43,458 nt of DNA. It comes from Candidatus Omnitrophota bacterium. GTDB taxonomy: Bacteria; Omnitrophota; Gorgyraeia; Zapsychrales; Zapsychraceae. The stretch is taken from NCBI GenBank assembly GCA_015233495.1, contig JADFXQ010000011.1:1-43458 (forward strand). Direction: 5' to 3'. Positions 9,366-16,844 of this stretch are shown here, piece by piece (within the stretch, counting starts at the first letter, position 1; the number at the start of each line of letters is the position of its first letter). A program made the translations under genes and the position numbers. The notes beneath the pieces are model-generated. The model did not search any database. It had not been told where the DNA came from and saw nothing but the letters and a program-made list of their open reading frames with translations.

Positions 9366-11267
9366 ATGGCATTGATCAGCATTCAAGACATTAGTCTGGC
9401 GTTCGGCGGGCCGAAATTGTTTGAGGATTTGAGTCTGCAGTTGGAAATGGGCGAGCGGGTCGCGCTTTTAGGCCGCAATGGCACGGGCAAAACGACTTTG
9501 ATGAAAATTGCGACTGGACAGATCGGTCCGGACACGGGTAAAGTGATTTTTCAAAAAGGGATACGCGCGACGCATTTGCCGCAGGAAATCCCCGCGGACA
9601 TCAAGGGAACGGTGTTTGACATTGTGTTGTCCGGTTTGGGGCAACGGGCAAAACTGATCAGCGACTATCACCACATCAGTCAGCGGTTAGCGACCGAACA
9701 TACCAAAGAATTGATGCGGGAACTGGATCGGTTGCAGACCGAGATTGATCACACCAACGGCTGGGAAATCAATAATCAGGTTGAATTGGTAATTTCTCAA
9801 ATGAAACTCGACCCGGAGATAGATTTTGCCGCTTTGTCCGGCGGGCAAAAGCGCCGCGCTTTGTTGGCCCGGGCCCTGGTGTTGAAACCGGAAGTCTTAT
9901 TACTCGACGAGCCTACCAATCATTTGGACATTGACGCGATTAAATGGCTGGAAGGTTTTTTGAAAAATTATGCCGGAGCTATATTTTTTGTGACGCATGA
10001 CCGGCAATTTATGGTTAACTTGGCGACGCGTATCACGGAGCTGGATCGCGGCCGGTTGTTTTCCTGGGCCTGCGATTATCCGACCTTTTTACAACGCAAG
10101 CAAATGGAGCTTGAGATTGAGACAGCGACGCGCGCGGATTTCGACAAGAAGCTCGCCGCGGAAGAAGTCTGGATCCGTCAAGGGGTGAAAGCCCGGCGCT
10201 GCCGCAATGAAGGCCGGGTCAAGGCCCTACAACGTCTGCGCGCGGAAAAACAGGCCCAGCGTCAGGCAGTCGGGCAGGTCAAGTTCCGGGTTCAGGAAAC
10301 TGATCCGTCGGGACATTTGGTAATCAAGGCCTCGCGCCTGGGCCAAAGTTATGGTGACCTTTGCTTGATCCGCGATTTTTCAACGCAGATCATGCGCGGC
10401 GATAAGATTGGCGTGATCGGCCCGAACGGCAGCGGCAAGACCACGTTGTTAAAAATTTTGCTGAGCAAGATGCAGCCGAGCAAGGGGTCGATCCGGTTCG
10501 GCACGAATCTGGAGATTGCTTATTATGACCAAATGCGCGAACAATTGGACGAAGAGAAGACAGTGATCGAAAATATCTGCGGCGCGAGCGACTCCATCAC
10601 GATCAACGGCAAGCCGCGGCATATTATCGGTTATCTGCAAGATTTTCTTTTTTCGCCGGACCGCGCCCGCACGCCGGTCAAGGTATTATCTGGCGGAGAA
10701 CGCAACCGGTTGTTTCTGGCTTGGTTGTTTACTAAGCCGTCGAATTTGCTGGTGATGGATGAGCCGACAAATGACTTAGATATTGAGACCCTGGAGCTGC
10801 TCGAAGAAATGCTTTTGGACTATTCCGGGACTTTGCTTTTGGTCAGTCATGACCGGGCTTTTTTAAATAATGTGGTGACTTCGACAATGGTTTTGGAAGG
10901 CGCCGGAGAAGTGAATGAATATCCCGGGGGGTATGATGATTGGCTGGATCAGCGGCCTAAGCCGGCGCAATCAGCGGCCGCGGTTCGGGAAAAGCCTCGG
11001 GAGCCGCGCCGGGAGGAAGTTCAGCCGGCCATGCCGAATTTTGTCCGAAAATTATCGAATAAAGAAGAGCGCGAATTAGCCAGTTTGCCCGCGAAAATCG
11101 AGAGTTTAGAGGCGGAGCAAGATAGGATTTTGGATATAGTCGCGGAGGTTAATTTTTATAAAAAAGACCCGGCCGAAATCCTAAAAATCAAGGCGAAATT
11201 GGAATGTATCGAAGACGAATTACTCGCGGTGTTTGAACGTTGGGAGCATTTGGAAAGTTTACGATAG
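9366..11267 (+). CDS. uup: ABC-F family ATPase Uup
   Basis: Two ABC domains (GRNGTGKT, LSGGQ; GPNGSGKT, LSGGERNRL); EEVWIRQGVKARR linker; coiled-coil C-terminus. Confidence 0.92.
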   Translation: MALISIQDISLAFGGPKLFEDLSLQLEMGERVALLGRNGTGKTTLMKIATGQIGPDTGKVIFQKGIRATHLPQEIPADIKGTVFDIVLSGLGQRAKLISDYHHISQRLATEHTKELMRELDRLQTEIDHTNGWEINNQVELVISQMKLDPEIDFAALSGGQKRRALLARALVLKPEVLLLDEPTNHLDIDAIKWLEGFLKNYAGAIFFVTHDRQFMVNLATRITELDRGRLFSWACDYPTFLQRKQMELEIETATRADFDKKLAAEEVWIRQGVKARRCRNEGRVKALQRLRAEKQAQRQAVGQVKFRVQETDPSGHLVIKASRLGQSYGDLCLIRDFSTQIMRGDKIGVIGPNGSGKTTLLKILLSKMQPSKGSIRFGTNLEIAYYDQMREQLDEEKTVIENICGASDSITINGKPRHIIGYLQDFLFSPDRARTPVKVLSGGERNRLFLAWLFTKPSNLLVMDEPTNDLDIETLELLEEMLLDYSGTLLLVSHDRAFLNNVVTSTMVLEGAGEVNEYPGGYDDWLDQRPKPAQSAAAVREKPREPRREEVQPAMPNFVRKLSNKEERELASLPAKIESLEAEQDRILDIVAEVNFYKKDPAEILKIKAKLECIEDELLAVFERWEHLESLR

Positions 11268-11276
11268 GAGGCAATA

Positions 11277-11933
11277 ATTATTAAAGCGCTGTCTATTTTT
11301 ATCTTATGCGCCGCGGTTACCGGATGTTCGGTAATCAATTTTTCCGGAAATTATTATACTCTTCCGGAAAATTTTCCCGTTGAATTGGTGCGGCTCAGGG
11401 ACGGGTTGGTTGGTCAGATAAAGTTGAAATATGCCTACGATGTCCGGGTGGTAGACGGAAAAGATTCGGACCGCGTGCAAGGCGTGCCGTTTTTATCCAA
11501 TCACACGGTGTTTTTCCCGCGGGATTTTCTTGCCTATGTTTATCAAAATTATTACCGTGACCGGGCGGTGATTTTGACGGATGTGATGACGCATGAGATG
11601 TGCCACGCGGAATTCAACCTGCCCAGCGCGCCAATCGAGGAACATTTTAAAACGGATATGGCGGCGATCAAATTGTTGGGAGAAACGCCTCAAGCCGCGC
11701 GAGATTTTTACCGTTCTTTGTTTGTGGTCAAGAATTACTGGTTCGCGCGCAAAGGCATGGCCGGACACGCGCTTAATGCCGGTATCAACGTGGTGAGCGG
11801 GGCGTCCATGGTGTTGGGCGGGCCGGGGGTATTCGTCAATTTATTCGCCACGGATTTAAGCCGGCGCATGGATTTTCTGGCGCGAAAGTATAAGTTATCC
11901 TCCACGAGTTGTTTTAAAAGATCTTCTCAATAG
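11277..11933 (+). CDS. Lipoprotein with HExxH zincin-like motif; probable ATT start
   Basis: AGGAGG at 11266-11271; in-frame IIKALSIFILCAAVTG-C lipobox upstream of the ORF-track start; HEMCH followed by E..TD..A. Confidence 0.7.
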   Translation: MIKALSIFILCAAVTGCSVINFSGNYYTLPENFPVELVRLRDGLVGQIKLKYAYDVRVVDGKDSDRVQGVPFLSNHTVFFPRDFLAYVYQNYYRDRAVILTDVMTHEMCHAEFNLPSAPIEEHFKTDMAAIKLLGETPQAARDFYRSLFVVKNYWFARKGMAGHALNAGINVVSGASMVLGGPGVFVNLFATDLSRRMDFLARKYKLSSTSCFKRSSQ

Positions 11934-12078
11934 GACAGAGGCCAGGAAATCTTCTGCGAAATAATTAGCTTGGTTTACGGCGAAAATCGTGTATGATGAT
12001 TAAAATAAACGATTTGATCCAGCGGTTGTACGGGTGTATGGCCTGATCAGATCAAGAGTACAATAGCAAGGAGTAGTT

Positions 12079-12267
12079 ATGGGTTACAATGAAGGCGGCG
12101 GCAGAGGCGGGTTCGGCGGTGGATACAGAGACCAGCGTCCGAGAGAATTTCACAAAGCGACGTGTTCCGATTGCAATAAGGAATGCGAAGTTCCTTTTAA
12201 GCCGAGCGGTGAACGCCCGATTTATTGCAAGGATTGCTACAACAAGCGCAAGGACAGCGGCCGATAG
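12079..12267 (+). CDS. CxxC-x17-CxxC zinc-ribbon small protein with Gly/Arg-rich N-terminus
   Basis: KATCSDCNKECEVPFKPSGERPIYCKDC; RBS AAGGAG. Confidence 0.9.
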   Translation: MGYNEGGGRGGFGGGYRDQRPREFHKATCSDCNKECEVPFKPSGERPIYCKDCYNKRKDSGR

Positions 12268-12306
12268 TCGCGCAGCGCGAGTGTTGTTGTCGGATGAAAT
12301 AAAATT

Positions 12307-12333
12307 CCACGCCCATATTGGGCGTGGTTTTTT
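12307..12333 (+). terminator. Rho-independent terminator
   Basis: CCACGCCCA-TAT-TGGGCGTGG followed by T6. Confidence 0.85.
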
Positions 12334-12343
12334 ATGACCGGTC

Positions 12344-12384
12344 GTGGGGGCGCTTCTCTCCGGCGGCAGGCAGGTGGGCGCCCG
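12344..12384. repeat. GTAG-type REP with a nested GGCAGGCAGG mini-element
   Basis: GTGGGGGCGCTTCT[CTCCGGCGGCAGGCAG]GTGGGCGCCCG compared with the uninterrupted copy at 22560-22585. Confidence 0.6.
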
Positions 12385-12457
12385 TTGCCGTGCAGTGATT
12401 CCGTAAACGAGCTTAATAGCGGTCAGCTTCGGGTTATTTAATTGGGAGAAACATCTA

Positions 12458-12684
12458 ATGGTTAAAGCCGGATTATTGGCGATCTAGGTGATCTTGATGA
12501 TTTGATCAAGTGTCGCCACCGCGATCCTTGCCGCGATAGTCCTTGTTGAAATTGTGTCCGCATTGACCTTGGGCCGGGTTTAAGCCTTCTGCAAATCAAA
12601 AGCGCGGAATGGGCCAAGGTCGGCGTATCGCTTGATTTGGCGCTGCTCGTGATTTATTTTATGGCATTAGCCGTCGGGTTATGA
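12458..12684 (+). pseudogene. Internally deleted remnant of a DUF1646-like membrane protein
   Basis: SSVATAILAAIVLVEIVSALTLGR and, in another frame, LQIKSAEWAKVGVSLDLALLVIYF...*; internal stops. Confidence 0.55.
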
Positions 12685-12756
12685 AAATTTCCAGTCGACA
12701 AAAATATTAGGCGGCGGTAAAATAGTCATAAATATTCGATCATTGCTGCCCAAATT

Positions 12757-12837
12757 GTGCGTAGGGGCCGAGCTTGTCTTGGCCCGTTGAGTCGGGCGGA
12801 CACCTGCCTACCGGCAGCAAGGTCCGCCCCTACGCAC
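12757..12837. repeat. REP doublet (REPIN-like) with nested insertion
   Basis: GTGCGTAGGGGC...GCCCCTACGCAC outer inverted repeat; the second REP carries CCTGCCTACCGGCAG at 12803-12817. Confidence 0.75.
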
Positions 12838-12958
12838 GAATCATGTTTCAAATACTCTTAACCGACGGCATATGCTGTCCAAATTGGACATATATGATAT
12901 TCGATACATAAAAGGATGCTGAGATCTGACACCATTTATTTAAGAGGAGTTTGATTCT

Positions 12959-13954
12959 ATGCGAAAACTGGCTAGTGTGCAGCGGATCAAGGCGCTGGAT
13001 CCGATTCCGGGCGCGGACGCGATTGAGCGGGCCACGGTTTTGGGGTGGCAGTTGGTCGTGAAAAAAGGCGAGTTCAAGGTTGGGGAATTGTGCGTGTATT
13101 GCGAGGTGGATTCCATTTTGCCTGACGAGCCGCGGTTTGAGTTCCTGAAATCCAAGAATATGCGGATCAAGACCATCCGGCTGCGCGGCCAGATTTCGCA
13201 GGGGATTTGTTTCCCGTTGTCGTTTTTGCCGGAAGGGTTTGACGCCCGCGAAGACGCGGACTGCACGGAGGTGTTGAAGATCCAAAAATACGAGGCTCCG
13301 ATTCCGGCGAGCTTAAACGGCGTGGCCAAAGGCCCGTTTCCTTCCTTTATTCCGAAGACGGATGAAACCCGGGTCCAGGTTTTGCAGGAATTGCTCGACC
13401 GCTGGAAGGGCGAAGTGTGTTATGTGACGGAAAAGGTCGACGGCAGTTCGGTGACGTATTTTATGCACAACGACGCGTTCGGGGTGTGCACGCGGAATTT
13501 TGAGTTGATTGAGGACCCGGAAAACACGTTGTGGAAATTGGCCCGGACTTTGGACATTGAAAATAAATTGCGCGGCTTGGGCGGGAATATCGCGATTCAG
13601 GGCGAGATCATCGGCGAGAATGTGCAGGGCAACCCGCTCAAATTGCGCGGCCAGACCGTGCGGTTTTTTAACGCCAACGATATTGACCGCCGGGCGTTTT
13701 ATAATTATGGCGAATTCAAAACGCTGATGGCCAAGCTGGGCTTAGATACGGTTCCGGTCATCGCGGACGATTATATTTTAGGCAATGACATCAACGCCAT
13801 TGTCGCTCTGGCCACGCGCAAAAGCCTGATCTGCCCGGAAGCCTGGGCGGAAGGCATTGTCATCCGCCCCTTAAAAGAACTGTTCGACCGCGAGATCGGC
13901 CGGCTGTCGTTTAAGGCGATTAACCCGGAATATCTGCTTAAAACCGGGCAGTAA
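12959..13954 (+). CDS. ATP-dependent RNA ligase, DRB0094/Rnl2-like family
   Basis: MRKLASVQRI..L.PIPGADAIE N-domain; IPKTDETRVQ; motifs TEKVDGSS, QGEIIG, EGIVI and FKAIN. Confidence 0.92.
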   Translation: MRKLASVQRIKALDPIPGADAIERATVLGWQLVVKKGEFKVGELCVYCEVDSILPDEPRFEFLKSKNMRIKTIRLRGQISQGICFPLSFLPEGFDAREDADCTEVLKIQKYEAPIPASLNGVAKGPFPSFIPKTDETRVQVLQELLDRWKGEVCYVTEKVDGSSVTYFMHNDAFGVCTRNFELIEDPENTLWKLARTLDIENKLRGLGGNIAIQGEIIGENVQGNPLKLRGQTVRFFNANDIDRRAFYNYGEFKTLMAKLGLDTVPVIADDYILGNDINAIVALATRKSLICPEAWAEGIVIRPLKELFDREIGRLSFKAINPEYLLKTGQ

Positions 13955-14004
13955 ATAGCAACCAAGATGATATTTCGAAAATCGAAATAAATCTTTCGAA
14001 AAAT

Positions 14005-14033
14005 TTGACAAATTTTTTGAAATGTGGTATACA
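14005..14033 (+). promoter_or_regulatory. Sigma70-type promoter
   Basis: TTGACA-17 bp-TATACA with an extended TG. Confidence 0.6.
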
Positions 14034-14066
14034 TATTTTGGATAAAAGAAACGAGGCGAAAAACCG

Positions 14067-14375
14067 ATGTTGTCTGTCAAGAAGCAGGTCAGTCGAAAGC
14101 TGTTTGACGAGGTCCTGATCGGGCCGGATGACCCGGTTTATACCTCGGGCGTGGTGTGCCGGATTTTGGATATCCCGATTTGGGTGTTAAAACAATTGGA
14201 TACCGCCGGCGTGGTGAGCCCGCCGCGGGAATATGAGGGCAAGGCGCGGTTGTATTCGAAACGGGAATTGAAAATGGTCCAGCATTGCTGGTTTTATTTA
14301 AAGGAACACAAGGTGAAGATCAGCGGTTTAAAAGTGATTTTGCAAATCGAGTCTGGGACGTTTAAAGCGGGGTAA
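14067..14375 (+). CDS. MerR-family (HspR-like) transcriptional regulator
   Basis: PVYTSGVVCRILDI...GVVSPPR...RLYS MerR HTH; directly upstream of the Hsp20 genes. Confidence 0.8.
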   Translation: MLSVKKQVSRKLFDEVLIGPDDPVYTSGVVCRILDIPIWVLKQLDTAGVVSPPREYEGKARLYSKRELKMVQHCWFYLKEHKVKISGLKVILQIESGTFKAG

Positions 14376-14392
14376 AATTTTTTGTTTAAAAA

Positions 14393-14419
14393 TTAGCAGT
14401 CGGCAATGTTGACTGCCAG
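14393..14419 (+). promoter_or_regulatory. CIRCE-like (HrcA) operator
   Basis: TTAGCAGTC-N9-GACTGCCAG versus the consensus TTAGCACTC-N9-GAGTGCTAA. Confidence 0.75.
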
Positions 14420-14441
14420 AAATTCAAAGGAGGTGGGTGTG

Positions 14442-14516
14442 ATGAAATGGGTGAGAGACGTGTTGTCAAGATTGAGAGAAATTTTTAAGACCGGATGTTC
14501 ATGCAAAAAATGTTAA
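14442..14516 (+). CDS. 24-aa Cys-tailed peptide MKWVRDVLSRLREIFKTGCSCKKC
   Basis: Strong RBS AAGGAGGT at 14427-14434; too short for the ORF track. Confidence 0.6.
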   Translation: MKWVRDVLSRLREIFKTGCSCKKC

Positions 14517-14543
14517 ACGGATTTGGAAAAGGAGGGTAGAGCT

Positions 14544-15017
14544 ATGGTTAATTTTCCGATGAAAAGACAAAGAGAAGGCGCGATGTCGCCGTTTACGGAG
14601 CTGGATCATTTGCAACGGGAAATGAACCGGCTGTTTGATGTGAGTTTCCCGCGGTTTTTGGACGGGGACACGACGCTGTTGGGCAGTCAGTGGGCGCCGG
14701 CCATGGATGTGTATGATTCCAAGGACGATATTGTCGTCAAGGCGGACCTGCCGGGCCTGACCAAGGATGAGATCGAGATCAACATTCAGGAAAATATGTT
14801 GACGATCAAAGGTGAAAAGAAAAAAGCGACCGATGTCCGGGAGGACGATTATGTCCGCACGGAACGGTATTACGGCACGTTTCACCGGACCATCATGCTT
14901 CCGTCGGAAATCAAGGCGGAGGCAGCCAAAGCTAATTTTAAAAACGGGGTTTTGGAATTGACGCTTCCGAAAAAAGAGGAAGCCAAGCCCAAACAAATTA
15001 CAGTGGACGTTAAATAA
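14544..15017 (+). CDS. Hsp20/alpha-crystallin protein
   Basis: WAPAMDVYD, ADLPG, ERYYGTFHR, ANFKNGVLELTLPK and a C-terminal IxV. Confidence 0.95.
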   Translation: MVNFPMKRQREGAMSPFTELDHLQREMNRLFDVSFPRFLDGDTTLLGSQWAPAMDVYDSKDDIVVKADLPGLTKDEIEINIQENMLTIKGEKKKATDVREDDYVRTERYYGTFHRTIMLPSEIKAEAAKANFKNGVLELTLPKKEEAKPKQITVDVK

Positions 15018-15022
15018 TATTT

Positions 15023-15054
15023 GGCTTAAACCCGGTTGATTCCGGGTTTAAGCC
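15023..15054. other. Perfect 13-bp intercistronic hairpin without a U-tract
   Basis: GGCTTAAACCCGG-TTGATT-CCGGGTTTAAGCC. Confidence 0.7.
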
Positions 15055-15083
15055 GATCAATTGCAGAGAAAAAGGAGAGTCAG

Positions 15084-15458
15084 ATGAGATTCGATCAATT
15101 CCGATTTAATAAATCGCCGGAGCCGGGGGAGACGATTCTGCCGGTGGTGGATATCCGCGAAACAGATCAAGAGGTGGTTTTGGAAGTGGATATGCCGGGC
15201 GCGGACAAGGATTCGTTAAATATTCAGTTGCAGGGCGATCAATTGCAAATCAAGGGGGCGAAAAAAAAGGACGCGATGGATGGTAAATATACAGCCGTGC
15301 ATTTGGAGCGGCCCGGCCAGGCGGAATATGAGCGGGCGTTTCAAATCAACGCGGATATTGACCGTCAGAACATCAAGGCCGCGTTTGAAAACGGGGTTTT
15401 GAAGATCCGGCTCAACCGCGCCGCGGTAGCCCAGCCGCAAAAAATTATGATTTCGTAA
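15084..15458 (+). CDS. Hsp20/alpha-crystallin protein
   Basis: PVVDIRET, VDMPG, YERAF, AAFENGVLKI and IMI; RBS AAGGAG. Confidence 0.92.
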   Translation: MRFDQFRFNKSPEPGETILPVVDIRETDQEVVLEVDMPGADKDSLNIQLQGDQLQIKGAKKKDAMDGKYTAVHLERPGQAEYERAFQINADIDRQNIKAAFENGVLKIRLNRAAVAQPQKIMIS

Positions 15459-15560
15459 AAACGATCCAGAGCGCCGCGTGATTGGCGGGAGATTTGCTGC
15501 GAAGAAAAAGGCGCCGGGGCAGCGCGGGGGCGCGGATATTATTTTTTCAAGGAGGGATAT

Positions 15561-16187
15561 ATGAACAGGAGAATGAGTCATTGGTTAGGTGTCGCGATCG
15601 CGGCGGTGTTTGTCTTGGCGGTCAATCGGGCGAACGTTTATGCCGCGGATGATGTTAATGTCGTAGAGTTGAAAAAACAGATTGAGACTCTGCAAAAGAG
15701 AGTTGATCAATTAGAGGCGGAAAAGAGAAATGCCCAGGACAACCGCGGCCAAAGTTTAATGAGCCGCTCCCGGGCTCTGTGGGAACCATTTGAAGAAATG
15801 GAACGCATGCAGCAAGAGATGAACCTCATGTTTCAAAACGCGTTTGACAGACAGGGGCAGGGTGGCGCCGGGATGTTTAACGGTAATATGGGGTTTAATA
15901 CGGATTTTGATTTAAAAGACACGGGCCGCGGTTATGAAATCAAAATCGATATAGCGGGATTAGACCGGAATAAAATCAATCTGGAAATCAATCCGCGTTC
16001 CATAACTGTCAAAGGGGAATACGGCCGGCAGGAGAGTCATCAAGGCGGCCAAGGGTTTTATAGCGCCCGGAGCTTCGGGACATTGGTCAAGACCATTGCC
16101 TTGCCTGTCGACGCGGACACAACTCAGATCAAGACGGATAAGCAAGGGGATGTCCTGCTCATCACATTGCCCAAAAAGCATAAATAA
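15561..16187 (+). CDS. Hsp20-domain protein with signal peptide and coiled coil
   Basis: MNRRMSHWLGVAIAAVFVLA..VYA; heptad LKKQIETLQKRVDQLE; IDIAG, SFGTLVKTIALP and VLLITLPK. Confidence 0.85.
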   Translation: MNRRMSHWLGVAIAAVFVLAVNRANVYAADDVNVVELKKQIETLQKRVDQLEAEKRNAQDNRGQSLMSRSRALWEPFEEMERMQQEMNLMFQNAFDRQGQGGAGMFNGNMGFNTDFDLKDTGRGYEIKIDIAGLDRNKINLEINPRSITVKGEYGRQESHQGGQGFYSARSFGTLVKTIALPVDADTTQIKTDKQGDVLLITLPKKHK

Positions 16188-16290
16188 AAGTCTATAAAAA
16201 GGGGAGCAAAATCATTTCCATAGGCGCGGAAATGTTTAAAATTATAAAAATCAAGGATGTTATTTCACATTCATCAAAAAGGAGCGGGCC

Positions 16291-16404
16291 ATGACTTGGA
16301 TGCTGTTTGGGCAAATTGTCTTGTTAATTTTGATCGGCGCGATTATTATGACCGGTGTGAAATGTTGTCACGACAAATGCTGTTCCATGTGTAAAAAAGG
16401 CTGA
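16291..16404 (+). CDS. 37-aa single-TM peptide with Cys-rich tail
   Basis: RBS AAGGAG; MTWMLFGQIVLLILIGAIIMTGVKCCHDKCCSMCKKG*. Confidence 0.7.
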   Translation: MTWMLFGQIVLLILIGAIIMTGVKCCHDKCCSMCKKG

Positions 16405-16415
16405 TTTTAAAACGC

Positions 16416-16844
16416 ATGTGCGGGCGGTTTGCTTTTACTCAACAGGATCCGGCAAAAATCAAGAAGCGGTTCAAGGTGCGTAATATCGGATTTGAACTTG
16501 TGCCGCGCTTTAATATCACGCCGGACAGCAAAACGCCCGTCATTCTTAACATTGCTCCCACAAGACTTGATCTCGTCAAATGGGGTTTGTCGCGCAGTTA
16601 CGCCAAAGATGAAAAGTTTAAAATGATCAATGCCCGGCTGGAGACAGTCGCGGTTAAGCCGATGTTCAAATCTTTGTTGGCCGGGCATTGTTGTCTGGTG
16701 ATCGCGGACACATTTTTTGAATGGCGCAAGCCCGGTCAGAGCAAGCAACCCTATCGGATTTTTTTAAAATCCGCAGAGCCGTTTGCCATGGCCGGGTTGT
16801 GGGATGAGCGCGCCCGCGAGAAAACCTACGCGATCCTCACAACT
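16416..16844 (+). pseudogene. SOS response-associated peptidase (SRAP/YedK), 3'-truncated
   Basis: MCGRF, PRFNITP, KWGL, INARLET, FFEW, AMAGLW and AILTT. It then runs into the antisense of the next gene; the HxRMP motif is absent. Confidence 0.85.
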
